Counted from the first letter of the whole stretch, positions 12,380 to 26,861 are shown. The stretch: 63,004 nt of DNA, filler included, from Octopus bimaculoides (GCF_001194135.2; 8 parts of 8 records of this genome joined end to end with filler, not necessarily neighbours in it); one strand, 5' to 3'. Numbers and translations are program-made. The notes: generated by a model from the sequence alone, not told the origin.

Positions 12380-13120
12380 GTTTCTGTTGAATCTCTACAT
12401 ATTGGGCATTCATTTAGCGAAATACCGTTCACTATATGGTTTTGGTGTGTTCTGGTATAACCGTTTTAATTTTGTTTCATCACTGAAAAATATTCAGCAG
12501 TACTAATAACGGAGGAAACAGAGAACAATATTTTCAATTATGTGTAAGAACTACAGCTTTTGTACTTCAATTTTTACACGATTTCGTATTTTCCTGCTAA
12601 TGGTCATATCGACGATGTTTTCATTCATTGATAACATATTTCAAATTTTTCAAAATGTCTGTTGCTGTTCTTCCTCACAACTCTTAATTTAAATTTTTGA
12701 TTTTACATTTATTTGTTGGTTTCCCTCAAGAGTGAAGAGAGAAAATAATTTTGATTTCTTGAGTATTAATCTAATGCTTCTATAATGCTCCTTTCTATAA
12801 GTGTTATGTGTACTCACATGCATTGATTATTAAGTATTTTCAAGTTTGTATTGTTTTAACACCCTTGCAATATATAACTTGAGATTGTCCATATTCGAAC
12901 GATTAATTATTATCCCTAACAGCATTTGTATCGATTGAGCGTTAGTTCGAGCTACCTTTTTCATTAGTTTGCGGGAAAGCTTTCAAATCAGTCTATATAT
13001 TGCTCGTGAATCGGTTAATATCTGAACTACAAATTTCGGATTTGATCATGTTATAATAACTTCCAGTTGTTCGTTTTATGCAGCACCTGAGCTGTTCTGG
13101 TGTTTTTATGATCTCATTCC
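12380..13120 (-). mobile_element. Possible decayed LINE with an RNase H-like segment followed by a CCHC-type zinc knuckle
   Basis: The minus strand gives VQILTDSRAIYRLI...SMHVSTH (RNase H-like TDS and H motifs) and then NECPICRDSTET near 12390-12420; several stops. Confidence 0.3.
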
Positions 13121-13904
13121 TGTATGCAGAATATTCCTTTAAAGGTAGTAAATTCCCTTAAAGGTAATAAATTCTTAAAAGTTCACACGGACCTCATGAA
13201 ATATCCATCTTTTTCATTGAAAAATGTTTAGTTTTTTTTACATTCCCTTCCGTCTCTCTGTAAAATTTTATTACACATTACTTGTTTCAATCACCTGCTT
13301 ATGAATGGTACTACTTAATACATGATTAATGTCTCCAGTATCCATATGGAAAACACTGTCACAAATAATCTGTAATCCTTTTCACATTTATCGGATACAT
13401 ATTTAAATTAGTAATTAAGATTTAAAATCCACACCCGACATAACAAAGTCATTTCTGCTTTCTTGAAAATACTTTTCGAACAAGATGCTTATCACCCTCT
13501 GCTATATTATTCAGGTTAGCATTTTGCAAGCTGCAAATAGGGGAGTTATGCGTGAATAATGTTTAGTGCTTGTTTTTTTCTTTGAAGTTCGGGAATAGGA
13601 TAGTTTTCGCGTCAATTTATCAATTTGGTATTTATTTGTTTTAATCATTTTAAGATGTTATTAAAATATTTCTTAGTACTTTGCTTGATCTATGTCTAAC
13701 TCAAAATTTATGGGTATTATTATGCTCTGGTGCATTTCTGCTGCTCGTTTTAAGACGTGATTTGATTACTCTTGACCTCAGTCGTTTGGTCACATAGTGA
13801 GGTTTGGGTGTTTGAAAACTATCATCTTGACGCATTCTTTGCTGTCCGAAATCTCTTCCAGAATTCTTTTCCTTATTTTACTGTTACTTGATCGATTTTT
13901 ATTA

Positions 13905-15103
13905 TACGAGGTTGTGTCAAAAAGTTCCAGGACTAGCTTGGTAGCGCGCCAACAAATGACAGCACACGGCTCCGTGCACAGTGAGAGCTAGCAGTGACCT
14001 TAATGTGCCGAGTGAGATCACTGCGTTTACTTCGCAAGTTGGGTAATCTGTTTTGTATTTGTTGTGTTGACGCATCCAGACGAAGAAGTAAGATGCTTAA
14101 ATGTAGATTCTTATTTCTTTACTGCCCACAAGAGGCTACACACAGAGGGGACAAACATACGGATTAAGTCGATTATATCGAGCCCAGTGCGTAGCTGGTA
14201 CTTATTTAATCGACCCCGAAAGGATGAAATGCAAAGTCGACCTCGGCGGAATATGAACTCAGAACGTAGTGGCAGACGAAATATCGCTAAGCATTTCGCC
14301 CGGCGTGCTAACGATTCTGCCAGCTCGCTGCTTTCTTCGCCTGGGGGCGTCGACACAACAGCTTTTGCGATCACGTTTATGTGTATGTGAACTGGAAGTT
14401 GGATCAAAGATCCAACGTGAAATTTATGCGTTAAACTTGGGAAATCGCCTACAAAGACATTGGGCATACTTCGGCACGCTTACGGTGACGAGGTAATGAG
14501 TCGTATGCAATGTTTCGAGTGATACGGCAGCTTCAAAAGAGGACGACAGAGCTGTAACTCAATCAAGAGTATGCTCATCGTTTTCTTCGACATCTGCAGT
14601 ATTGTGCATCGAGAATTCATTCAGCAGGGCTAGACTGTCAATCGAGAGTTCTATTGCGACGTTTTGAACCGTTTGAAGGAAGACATTCGGCGAAAGCAAC
14701 GGTATCCGTGGAACACGAAGAATTGGATTCTTCACTACGACAAGCGCCCTGTAACCGAGCTCTCCCCACTCAAGAGTTTCTAACCAAAAACAACATAGTA
14801 TCGCTTCTGAACCCGCCCTATTCGCCAGATTTACACCTGCGGACTTCCATATCTTCTCCAAGATGCAAGTGCAGCTCAAATGTCATCGCTTTAGCACCGT
14901 TGTCGAAATCAAGAGCGATTTGTAGAAGATCCTCCACTCGCTTACGGAAAACGACTCTCAGGCCGGATTCTAAAAGTGGCAGGAGCGCTGGAACCAGTGT
15001 ATTGCTACGTAAGGTGGCTATTTCGAAGGAGATGATGTTAAGAGTTAGGTAAATAGGATATTTTTTTATTAAGCATTCGGAAACGCCTTGATACTACCTC
15101 GTA
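13905..15103 (+). mobile_element. Mariner (DD34D-type) transposon, internally deleted and SINE-interrupted
   Basis: Imperfect TIRs TACGAGGTTGTGTCAA.. and ..TTGATACTACCTCGTA with TA ends. Translation gives LDQRSNVKF..KLGKSPTKTLGILRHAYGDEVMSRMQCFE*Y..FKRG, then SMLIVFFD..IVH.EF...TVN..FYCDVL.RL, and PPYSPDL. Confidence 0.9.
14108..14331 (-). mobile_element. tRNA-derived SINE inserted in the mariner
   Basis: The minus strand has A-box-like TGGCAGAATCGTTAG and B-box-like GAGTTCATATTCC; near-identical in layout to 56703-56934 and related to 33944-34151. Confidence 0.85.
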
Positions 15104-16649
15104 TTTTAACTAGTATATGATCAAATATTTCAGAGTAATAAATTAACCTTTTATTTCCTTGAAAGTGTTGTTGACTATTGTCATTATGATGTCTTCTGTA
15201 GTACTATCCTTTTAAGGCACAGATGTTTCAGTTAATCCTCAGTCCTCTCTCAGATTAGACGTTATCCCGCTTAACACAATACTCCCTGTTAATTACACTT
15301 TCTACTTGTGTATTTGTAATGATAGAAGCAAAGTTAACTCCTTCAATACCTGTTCAGTTAGTCATATCTGGAGTGTCCACTAATATCTCTGCAGTAGAGT
15401 TTGTGTTGCTCCTGCTGCTACTAAAAGTTTTAATTAATTCATCTGAAATAATTTAGTTCTGTATTCAATGCTCATTTTTTATCTCATCGTGTTGTAAATT
15501 AGAATTCTATGATGTAATTCTGTCTTGTACTGCCTGAGTTCTGTTTTTGCAATTATGTTTTGGCCGTCTGGTAGTCGTATTGTTAAACATATCGAATGAG
15601 GGATGTGGTAAAAATTTGTAAACAAATGTAAATTTTACGTAGGAGGATCTTTCTACTTTTTTGCCCATTAGTCTTGACTTTTTCCACAGACCCTGACAAT
15701 TTTAAGTCTTTGTTCACCATGTTGCGCAATGATTCTACCGGCATGTATACGATACACTATTTCGCACCCTCTCTTGAAAAACAGCTTGCTTCTCATACAC
15801 TATTCTCCAATCTATAGAAACAACATCTTAACTTACATGCAAATACTTGAAATGGTCTACTAAGAGAAGATGGAAACAATGCCCCTTGTTTCTAAAACAA
15901 AGACACCTTATTATTTTCCATCCAGCGCTTGCAAACAAGTTCTATGTATGGAAGTATTTTCTTTTTCCACATATTTGTGCTGAGACCTTTTCTTCTCCAT
16001 TCAAATTCTATTTCAAACTCTCTGTATTGTTGATAACAGAGGCCAATGACTTGTTTTCTCTATTAAAACTTGTACTTTTCATTTGTTAGGAACAAAGTGA
16101 AAGTGTTATTATTCCTTTTATATTTTTGGTGAAAATAACAAATTACATTAATATTTTCATTTGACGAAGTGTATGTGTCTGCTTGCTTAATTAAATGTTG
16201 TTTTTTTCTGTTTGTAGTCTGTGTTGCTAAGTACAAATTTAGTGTACGTGAAGCCGTTTCCAGATACATTTAAACGAGTAAACATTGTAAAGAAATTTAA
16301 TATTTCGTTTATTTTTTTACTAACACAAACAATAACAATAATGATAATTTGTTTCTTTTTGCCGCTAGAGTCCATAAATTCGTGCGTGCAATAAACGAGT
16401 TAGAAAACTATTGAAAAATTTGTTGAAATACGAACAAAGTTATTAAAGCAGAATTTCTGAAGAAGTAAACGCATCTTACATGTTAGGAGATACTTAAGAT
16501 TATGAAATCGTATAATATTTTCACAAAATTCTTAAACACATTATATAATTTAAAAACAATACGATTGAAGGAACGTCAGATATAAAATATCCATTCTACT
16601 TAAACGCAGGTCAGAAACTTCCATCCGAATTAGATCGGAGCACTCCAAC

Positions 16650-17400
16650 TGCAATCTTTTTCATGCAGTTATACAGTCCGAAATTCATTGAGCCCAAATG
16701 GTTGAAGAAGTTAAGAAAAGCCACTTCATGTAATGTTTAGCTTTCCGCAATATTCTCTGCTGATTTTCATTACAATCCTTTCTTCTGGGTGCTTACGTGA
16801 TCAGAGACCGTAGCGTTGGACTTTTGTAATACATTCGTTGCGTAATGGTTGTATAGTTATTTATACCAGGAACCAGTTTGTTATCCAAAAAACTATGATC
16901 GCCAATGTAATGAGGAGGAATAAACTGGTTCCGTCTCATAAAGCTGGTTTGCCATCAATCTTGTTGAGGGTTATTTCTTGCAATTGTTCGTTCTATAAAT
17001 ATATTTCTTTCTATCACAGTATATCACAATTTTCGATATGCGCATCATCATCAGAGAATGCCTGTGTTGTTTATGACATCGAGGAGAGGATCCTTCAATT
17101 TCTTCTTCATCGACTTTCTTGTAGACATTTTTGTCGGCTTTTGAGAGACAAGAGAATTCAAAATCTTCTACTGTTTCAAGTTATGAGACAAGTTGTATCC
17201 TGAGTCAGCATCCCTCTGGCCCTGCTGTTGGTATTGCAGTTTGTGTAGTTCCTTTCCTCTTAGATTATCTAATTCTTCTAGTCAGACCCTTAAATTACTC
17301 GTATGCCCACATCTGTGCCAGTTGGACTTCCTGCTGTGTGCTGCTATGCTTAAAACATTTCTCAGCGCACCCGTTACAGAGTACAACTCTAGAAATGCTA
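16650..17400 (-). mobile_element. Decayed R4/Dong-type LINE remnant (pre-RT and RT N-terminus)
   Basis: The minus strand shows traces of the PG.D.I..FW, NYRPIT and EEQKG motif order seen in elements B and C; heavily mutated. Confidence 0.4.
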
Positions 17401-18059
17401 CGTGATTTTCTACAAACAGCAAATATTTTATATCAATAGAGACCCTCCATGATTACATATCATTTAAAGTTATGTAAAGTTTACCGGCTTCTAATGTTGA
17501 GTTACTATTTGCAATTACTCTTGGCCAACGTTATCGAAAATGTTTTCACATCGATACGTGCCTTGGACTCATATATTGGGGAACTCGCTAATAGGCAGTC
17601 TTGTACTATACAAGTGCACGTTACCTCCATACCCCTAACTTAGTTTTAAGTAAGATGAACAAAATCATATTCCATATATCATTCAGGTTGACTCCAGCTA
17701 AAGTTGGGGAGACATGAAAAAAGCTACTGTAAATTTAAAACTGAACTTATACGTCATTTCTTTCTTTTCATATATTTCTGAGATGGCTTACACTTTTGTC
17801 TATTTGAATACATCTGTCAGAAAAAATAGGACCTTGAATTATGGTTTGATAACATATAGATATTCATGTGTGAAGTCTACAAAAGTAGTTCGTCCTTGAA
17901 GCAGCACATATTCGTAGAAAAGTAATTTTTGTCAAATACCCGTGTTAAAGGTTTAGGTACGTTTAAAGTAAAAAACAAAAGAAAATTAAAAACAAACAAA
18001 ACAATGAAAAGCTTTTTCTTTCTATACTGTACAGTGAGATTCAGAGAAAGAAACACGGG

Positions 18060-18160
18060 CCACAAGGTAGAGATAAATGTACCTCTAAATTATCTTTTCT
18101 TAATGGATGACATAATGATATTTTCAAACTCAGAAAAGCGATTACCAGATACATTAAATT
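18060..18160 (+). mobile_element. R4/Dong-type RT fragment
   Basis: ORF 17929-18162 ends with LNYLFLMDDIMIFSNSEKRL, matching the NHLLLMDDLKLY catalytic motif of element B. Confidence 0.5.
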
Positions 18161-18411
18161 AGTAAATTAGCAAATGTGCGTTTCATTGAAAAGAGAATTA
18201 AATCAGGAATATCAATATGGACATCAGAAATGAAAGGACGTAAGATATTAGAATATCTCCAAAGAAGAAAAAGAGATCAATTTATCTCTTTAAATAATAA
18301 AGTTGTGTTACCATTTTACCGTGTGATATTGAAATCGAATTTGGCAAATCAAAATATGTAATTTTAACTTTAAAAAGAGGACGAGTATTTTCTAAAATTT
18401 GTTTTTACCGA

Positions 18412-19323
18412 TCAATTATTGATCAATAAAGCCATAACTGAAGACAGCCGCAGAAAGAAGAAAGGCCTCAGTATGGCCTGGGTGGACTACCAAAAGGCTT
18501 TCGACAGTGTTCCCCACACGTGGATTCTGGAAACACTAGCCATAAACAAGGTGGCACCAATTATCATAAAATACATAGAGCACTCAATGAACAAATGGCA
18601 GACAGTGCTACAGCTCCAAACAAAAGAGGGACTTGTGAAAACGAAAGCCATCCCCATTAGAAGAGGAATATTCCAGGGAGACACGCTCTCTCCACTCCTG
18701 TTCTGCCTGGCACTCACACCTTTAACAGAATTGCTAAATAGAACTGGATGCGGTTACAAATGCTATGGAAAAACAGTCAGCCANNNNNNNNNNNNNNNNN
18801 NNNNNNNNNNNNNNNNNNNNNNNNNNNTTAATTAATTAANNNNNNNNNNNNNNNNNNNNNNNNNNNNNNNNNNNNNNNNNNNNAGACCAGATATAGTTGT
18901 CAAAGATCATGAAGAAAAAAATGCTTTCTACTTGATGTATCAATACCAGCAGATGACAACGTTTCCTTAAAAGAAATGGAAACAACTTTCAAAATACAAA
19001 GACCTAGAAATAGAGGTAACTCGAATGTGGAATCTAAAAACAGAAACAATTCCTATCATAGTAGGTGCCTTAGGTATAATAAAAAAATATTCAGACAAAT
19101 ACATAACAAAAACACCAGGACTTACAAATATATATAACATACAGAAAATTGCACTCCTGGGCACTGCATACATCCTTCGCAAAACTCTTTCAATACAGTA
19201 ACCATAAGAGCATCACAGCAAACCACAGCATATACCCAAGGCACACACAGCTGCGCTCGGTAGTGAAGAGAAAGCACGTTACAAAAGTAAAACTACTGAA
19301 CAATAATAATAATGATAATAATG

Positions 19324-19366
<43 letters not shown>

Positions 19367-19391
19367 TAATAATAATAATAATAATAATAAT
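18412..19391 (+). mobile_element. R4/Dong-type LINE A (5'-truncated, gapped) with (AAT)n tail
   Basis: MAWVDYQKAFDSVPHTWI..GIFQGDTLSPLLF (RT). After the gap: RPDIVVKD..LLDVSIPADDNV..KY.DLEIEVTRMWNLKTETIPIIVGALG (restriction-like endonuclease), a short 3' UTR, then (AAT)n at 19302-19391. Confidence 0.9.
18784..18883. other. Assembly gap spacer N44-TTAATTAATTAA-N44 (also near 30514, 35964, 41467, 50490, 53608 and 61511)
   Basis: An identical palindromic 12-mer with stops in all six frames, centred in N runs (44+12+44 = 100 nt at this site). Confidence 0.9.
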
Positions 19392-22300
19392 GAAAGGAAA
19401 CGCGTGGAGCCTCCTCATGGACTGATTATTGATACATCTAGTAATGGTGTCACAATAAAAACACCGGTAATTGCGCAACCTGTTAATTACTACCTTATAT
19501 GAGTGACAATGAAAAAAACAAACTATTGTGAATAACGGTGGTAATGAGACTGAAGCCAATGATGGTAACAGTGTTACACCCGGTAGGCTCAGATTCTGGT
19601 CCGGCTTAAGCCTGTCGATATCCAGAAAGGGACCATCACACACGGCGAAGATGGGGCAGCCCGGTAGATGAAAATGATGCTCACATTAGAGGTTACCGAC
19701 AACGTATGATCATTGGAGAGAAAAGGGATTGTTTCATCTCACGGAACAGAGACTATGTGATCAACCTAGAGCAATAAGAAAAAATTGTTGGTATGAAGTA
19801 GAGCTCGAAGCTATCAAAAGACGGGTCTTGGAAAATAGCAGCAGAGATAACAATGAAAATGCAGTTCTTACTAATAAGAGTAATCTCACAGCACAGGAAA
19901 AGAGCAGTGGTAGTTTACTTGATCTAAAAGAAGACAATAAAACTAATAGTGACATGACAGATGAACAAAAAGTGACATTATTTGCAACCTTATAAAGGTT
20001 GACCGGTGGAAATTGAACCAAGAAACGAAAAATGTCAATGAAATTCTGAAATACATCAGAACAACATCACAAAACTAGTAATTTGATCAAGGTAGCAAGT
20101 ATTGTTGTAGAAGAAAACGTGGGTGCTGATGTCAAGAAAAAGAAACATACTTGGGAGTGACAAAAGAAAAGTCCAGGGTGGAAAAGAAGAATACAGGCAG
20201 GGTTAGACATATTCTGGAAGGAAATTTCCGTGTTAGACCGAAAAGAGAAACTGAAGCTTAAAAGCGAACAAAAATTAAGGGCACTGAAAAGGAAGTATAA
20301 TATTGAAAGAGCCTGAAAGTAGTAATGGAACTGAAACAGCGCCTCGTTGCAAAGAAAGCAAAGATGGTAAGATACGACCAAAGGATGAAGGGTTACCGCC
20401 AGAATAGGTTATTCAGAGTAGATCAGAAGAGATTCCATAAAGAAATAAATGGAGAGTGTACAGATGAAAAGTTGATACCAGATAACATTGAAAATCAAAG
20501 GTTTTGGAGTGACACCTAGAGCAAAGACAAGGAGCATAAGAAGGATGCTGAATGGTTGCAAGAACTGAAACAAAAAGTAGTCTGTCCAAAACAGACAGAA
20601 CTAGTCATTTCAGTTAGGGAATTGAAGGAAATCAGCAAAAAGATGAGCAGCTGGAAGGCCCGGGACCAGATGGATTTTAAGGCTACTGGATCAAAAGATT
20701 TGGTAAATGTCATGCACAAATAGCTGCGCAACTCATCACCTTGTTAAATGCCGACCAAGTAACACCAGAGTGGTTGACATTGGGTAGGACAGTGCTGTGC
20801 CTGAAAAACATCTAAAGAGGCAATACGGTAGACAATTACAAGCCGATACCCTGTTTGCCACTTACGCGGAAGTTATTGACTGGAAATCTTGCAGAGTCAA
20901 TGTACGAACATCTGGAAAAAATTGAGTCCTGCCATATGAGCAGAAGGGTTGCAAGCGTAAGTGCAGAGGTACCAAAGGTCAACTCCTGATAGACAAAACT
21001 GTACTCAGAGACTGCAAGAGGAGGAAATGTACTTAGCCATGTCATGGATCGACTATCGTAAGGCGTACGATATGATCCCGCATTCTTGGATTATGGAGTG
21101 TATGAACCTATTTGGTATTGCATCAAATGTTGAGCGATTGCTTGGAAAAAGTATGGCGAATTGGAGGACGGACCTGACAGCATACGGAAGAAGTTTAGGG
21201 ACAGTAGAAATTAGGAGGGGCATCTTCCAAGGGGACTCACTGTCCCCACTGATCTTTGTACTGCGCTTGATATCACTAACACTAATTCTGAGGAAAGCAA
21301 AAGCTGGGTATGTATTCAAAAGCCGCCAACAAAAAGTCAATCATTTGTTATTAATGGATGACCTCAAACTTTATGGTGAAGATGAAGCCCAAGTCAGTTC
21401 CCTCGTTGATACGGTGTGTACTTTCAGTGCTGATATCAGAATGGAGTTCGGACTGAGAAAGTGTGGTGTGTTAGTCTTGAAGAGAGGCAAAATCAAATGT
21501 ATGGACGGGCTAACGATACCGTCGGAGAGGTTATGAAGCAGATAGAAGAGACGGGCTATAAGTACTTGGTGATTTTGGAAATGGATAAATTGATGGAGAA
21601 AGAAATGGCAGAAAGATTTAGAGTGGAGTACTTGCGCAGACTGAGACTGATCCTTAAGTCGAAATTAAACGGACGGAATAAGATCGAAGCTATCAACACC
21701 TGGGAGCAGGGGTAATCACATGGACAGTAGACGAATTAAACAGCTTAGACAGAAAGACAAGCTATTTGTTAACTAGATATGGGACACTCCACTCAAAAAG
21801 TGACAGAGGCATACTATATATAACAAGAAATATTGCGAACACAGCATTAGAGGAGAAGAAAACAACATAGCATAGTATGTAAAAAATGCCATAGAACCGC
21901 TATTATTAGAAGTAAGAAGGTTAGACTTGTGTAGGATGGAAGATTGCAAAGATAAAGCACTATACAAGAAATTGAAAACGAATGAAACTGAAGATAGGTG
22001 GGTAAAGAAAAGAATGCATGGTCAATTTCACAGACAGAAAAAAGATGGTTGTGGATGACTAAAAGTGGTTGTAGACTAAAACCGTAAACGGAGGCTCTAA
22101 TTTTGCTTCCCAAGAGCAAGCACTAAGAAGAAACTACATTAAATACAGAATATACAACACATCAGAAAGTGATAACTGCAGAATCTGTGGACAAAGCAGT
22201 GAAAACGTATGGCATATTACCAACCAATGTACGCCACTAGCCCAGAAGGAATATGAGACGCCACGACAATATAGCCAAGCTTGTCCATTGGGCACTTTGC

Positions 22301-22836
22301 AACGAGTATGGACTTGACAGAGCAAAAAATTGGTACGACTACAAACCTGAAGCATCGTTTAAAATAGAAATGTGAAGATGCTATGAGATTTTATGATTCA
22401 GTGCGACCATGAGATAGAGAATAGGAAGCTAGACATAGTCTTAATTGAAAAAGAAAACAAATTATGCTGGATCATAGATATAGTATGCTCAGCTGACAAC
22501 AAGGTATGCAATAAGGAAGAAAGAAAAGTTGTGAGATATGACAGGGTAGCTTTGAAAGGTAAGCAGTTGTGGTCGATGAAAAAGGTAGCAGTAGTACCAA
22601 TAATTGTCGGAGCCCTGGGAACAGTGAGCAAAAATTTCGAGAAGTACGTGGAACAAATAGGGGCTGCAATAAGGTTGGAGCACTTGCAGAAAACAACACT
22701 GCTTGGAACCGCTCGAATACTCCGGAAGGTGCTCGAAAAATAAGAGGTGTTACCTTAGTTCACTGGTTGTCAACAGCTGACACTGTAGTACATCTCCGGC
22801 GTTAGAAGCTGTGCAAAGGCAATGATAATGATGATG

Positions 22837-22915
<79 letters not shown>
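19392..22915 (+). mobile_element. R4/Dong-type LINE B, near full length, frameshifted, (AAT)n tail
   Basis: N-terminal RGYRQRM..LFHLTEQRLCDQ.RAIRKN; RT motifs WIDYRKAYD, GIFQGDSLSP and MDDLKLY; CRIC..E...HI...C knuckle; endonuclease KLDIVL..IIDI..VVPIIVGALG; tail at 22821-22915. Confidence 0.9.
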
Positions 22916-22924
22916 GTGTTAACT

Positions 22925-23060
22925 GCAAAACGTAAACAGAATGTGTAATAAAAGAAAGAGTGGTGACAGAAGACTGAGACCACTGTATAAGGAGTGAAAG
23001 GAGAATGCTTGTTGAGCATTTGATAAATAGTGACGAAGATATGCTGCAATATATCGTGAC
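22925..23060 (+). mobile_element. Short internal fragment of the element C family
   Basis: aacgtaaacaga..gaccactgtataaggagtgaaaggagaa..gacgaagatatgctgcaatat is a diverged copy of about 25500-25635. Confidence 0.65.
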
Positions 23061-23234
23061 TCATATTATTATTAATAATTTTAAATGCTATAGGTAGAAC
23101 GATGGTGGTAATGATAATCACTGTGTTTATGGAGGTGACACAATGCAAGCACGTTATTTATATATATGTGTATGTACATACATGTGCGCGTCTAGATACA
23201 AATAAAGAGAGGAAGAGAGAGATGGGATCTCAAT

Positions 23235-26200
23235 AACAACCCTCGTGGGAACCCCACGAACGACTCATGAAATCATGATGCAACACAAGGAAAGAATTAA
23301 CGACGAGAATGAAACTATAGCCGATCATGGTGAAGGTTTCCCGCCCGGCACGTCCGAAACCACCCGCATCAGGGTCAGTGATCTGACCTCGAACCGTCGT
23401 TATGCCACAACAGATCACATACACGGTATGCGCAAAAACATATAAATGGACGAAGGAAGAGTACGATACACTTATTGAATGTCATGAAAGAGAAAAGCTG
23501 GAAAGAAGTCGCGGAGTAGGCCGACGTACCTTGAAATTTTGGATGGAAAAGGACATATGTCCAATGTCAGAAAACAAACTAATGAACCAAGTGAGTGTGG
23601 TTAGGAGGAAGGCTTACTTAACTGGAGGAGAAATATCTAGGATTAGGGAGAGTCTGAGAGACTCTGCGTATGGGCTACAAAGGATGGTCGGAGTTGAAAA
23701 CAGAGAGGTAGGAGTTGAAAGCACCGAGAAGAGTAGACAAGAGGAACAAAGGAGTGGTGATGGGGCTGTTAAGGATAAGGAACAGGAACGTTATACAGCG
23801 AACCCTGATGCTGTGGACGGTGGACATGCCGGAGAAATGAACCAACTAGATAATGAATTGTCTGAAATTCAAAGACGAGTCACCGACTTGATGAATGCTC
23901 CAGAATAAAAAATCCCCATGAATATGAGAAGGGTAGATAGGAGTATGATAAATAAAGTAATACAACAGATAAATACTGTCATACCATACATCCAGACGGA
24001 GGACATAACACAAACAAGGAATCTTCTCGGAGCTAGTGCGCTACCTGTTCAGGAGAAATTAAGAGAACAAAAATGGCGGAGCAAAAGAACCATGGTGGAA
24101 AAGACGCATTGAAAGGGACATTATGCGGGCAAGACAAGATCTTGGAAAAATTGAGCAATGGTTAAGAGGAAACTGGAAAAATGGGAAAAAAGACCCACCG
24201 AGAAAAATTAGAGAAGAAATATAAAATACGGAAGAACGGGTTAGATACAGTAATAGAGGAGTTAAAACAGGGTATCATGGCAAAAAACAAGAAGATCAGA
24301 ATATTTGTGAAAAGAAAGAAGCAGTTCGAGGAGAAGAGATTGTTCAAAAATAACCCGAAGCAATTCTTCCGAACGTTAGAAGGAGACAATGGGGAAATGT
24401 TGCTCCTGATGCAAATCAAGCCAAGGAGTTCTGGAGCAGATTATAGGGAAACAATGTGGTGCATAAAAGGGATGCAATGTGGATAGGAACTATCAAGACA
24501 GAATTACAAGGAGGAAAAAAACAGAGGAAGAGTATCATAAGCGTGGGTGATGTGAAAAAACAAGTTGGTAAAGTGCCTAACTGGAGAGCCCCCGGACCAG
24601 ATGGGATTCATGGCTTCTGGCTGAAGAGATACCACGCAGTGCATGAAAGACTAGCAGCCCAATTGAATGAATATATCCATAAAGTTCCAATCCCCGCGTG
24701 GATGGAAGGACAACACTTGTAATGAAAGATAGAAGAAAGGGGAATATTGTGGGAAACTACCGTTCTATAGCATGCCTAAACATAATCTGGAAGATACTCA
24801 CTGAAATATGTGCGGCAAAAACATACACTTTCTTGGCACAGGAAGAAATACTACCAGGGGAACAAAAAGGATGTAGGAAGAGTTCTCAGGGTACCAAGGA
24901 TTACCTGGTCATCGATAAAACAGTTTTGAGGTATTGTAAAAAACATCATACAAACATGTCTATGGCTTGGATTAACTTTAAGAAGGCATATGTTATGATG
25001 CCACATTCTTGGATCGTTGAATGCCTGCAGATGTTTGGTATTGCTGACAACATCACAAATTTTCTGATGCATAGCATGAAAGAGTGGAAAACCAAATTGT
25101 ACTCAAGTAATGTATTCCTTGGATAAGCTAATATTAAAAGGGGAATCATCCAAGGTGACTCGTTTTGTCCGTTATTTTTGTAATTGCAGTAATACCCATA
25201 ACAATGACACTTAGGAAAGTTAAGATGGGTTACCGATGTGGGAAGAAAGGCTCATCATTGAATCATCCGCTGTTTATGGATAACCTGAAATTGTTTGGGA
25301 AATCCCTAATCAAAACAGTCCAGAGTGTGGTTTGGACATCGGTATGGAATTTGGGATTACCAAATGCTCAGTACTTGATATGCAAAAAGGGAAGAAAGCA
25401 TCCTGCAGAGGATTGCGGTTACCATCCGTCCTCAAATGGAAATATCAACACTGAACGAGAAAGTTGATGACGCTGCATGGGGCGCTACACCCTAAAGCAA
25501 ACGTAAACAGACTGTATATGAAAAGAAAGACTGGTGGAAGAGGACTAATTAGTATAGACCATTGTATAAGGAGTGAAAGGAGAACGTTTACCAAGTATTT
25601 GATAGATAATGATGAAGACCTGCTGCAATATGCCGCGAAAGATATGCAAACTCTATGGAAAGAGTGTGGAAAATGTTACCTACTTGGTAAGTGGATATGA
25701 GAGCTTTGCACAAAAAGAATACAAGCGCTGCCACGATAAAGTGTGTGTGTATCGTCATTGGCTCTTATGCTGTAAATACCAATATGAACTAACAGAGAAC
25801 TGGTATGAGCACGTACGAAGTAAAATTATGCAGGAGGATGGAAAAGTAACGGTACTCTGGGACTATGATTTTCAGACGGATCGTGTAATCGAATACCATC
25901 GGCCTGATATTATCATATTGAATAAAAGAGACAAATACTGTTAGATCATTGATGTAGCCGTACCAAATGACATAAATGTTGTGAGTAAAGAGGTTGAAAA
26001 AATCAGTAAGTACTCCGAATTGAAAGTGGAAATAGCAAGACAATGGAATGCAAGAGGGTAATGTAAAAGTGATACCAGTAGTGATCAGAGCGTTGAGCTC
26101 AATCCTATTGAAATTTCTTAAGGCAACTGTAAATCACATGCAAAAAGCAGCCTTATTGGGCACAGCACACATCTTAAGGAAAGCATTATCTGTTTGAGGT

Positions 26201-26275
26201 CCTTGTTGTGATGTGACAGATGACTAAAGACTCCGGTGCATTTTTACCTACATTGTGTTGCGAAAGAATAACAAT
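23235..26275 (+). mobile_element. R4/Dong-type LINE C, near full length, frameshifted
   Basis: N-terminal KWTKEEY..SENKLMNQV; PNWRAPGPDGIHGFWLK; NYRSIACL; EQKGCRK; WINFKKAY; MDNLKLF; CKLYGK..H; VLWDYDFQTDRVIEYHRPDII; ends in a relic AATAACAAT. Confidence 0.9.
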
Positions 26276-26814
26276 GCCCTGATGCAGAACCAGGCAGTGG
26301 TTCTCATGGCTTCTGATCTTGACTGATAGGAAGTGTTATCATGTAAATTGTTTTGTCTTGGTATAAAAGATAGGCTACAGCAAATATTCTTCTCAATACC
26401 ACAGATTTGCTTGTCAATTGTTTGACCTTAACCAGTTGAGCATGTCTCTTTGTGGCTGATGATATATGCATCTCTGATCACGAGCAGATGTAGTGGGCGA
26501 GCATCATAGCCATGTGTCGGGAGGAATTCTTTGGGGGTTTGGATAATTCATCTTTGGAAACATGAGTGTTTCATTCAACATCCTTAAACAACCCTTATTC
26601 AGGGATCATTTGAGTGGGAAGGGCTACTCGACCCGAAGCAAATTCTAACTAGGCTCCAACTGCAAGGTCATGTGCTGTTTATCTAGATATGAGAACACGA
26701 TGTCGCGCACATATGGTTGTGATGCATGTGCCTAGTGTACCCTTATCAGACGTGTTGTCATGATGGGATACTAAGCTTCGTAACTTTGATGGCATGCAGT
26801 GCTCTCTCACTCAG

Positions 26815-26861
<47 letters not shown>

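Noticed and set aside
18828-18839. Recurrent palindrome TTAATTAATTAA (7 occurrences)
   Set aside because: Always centred in N runs and carries stops in all six frames: an assembly or scaffolding linker, not biology.
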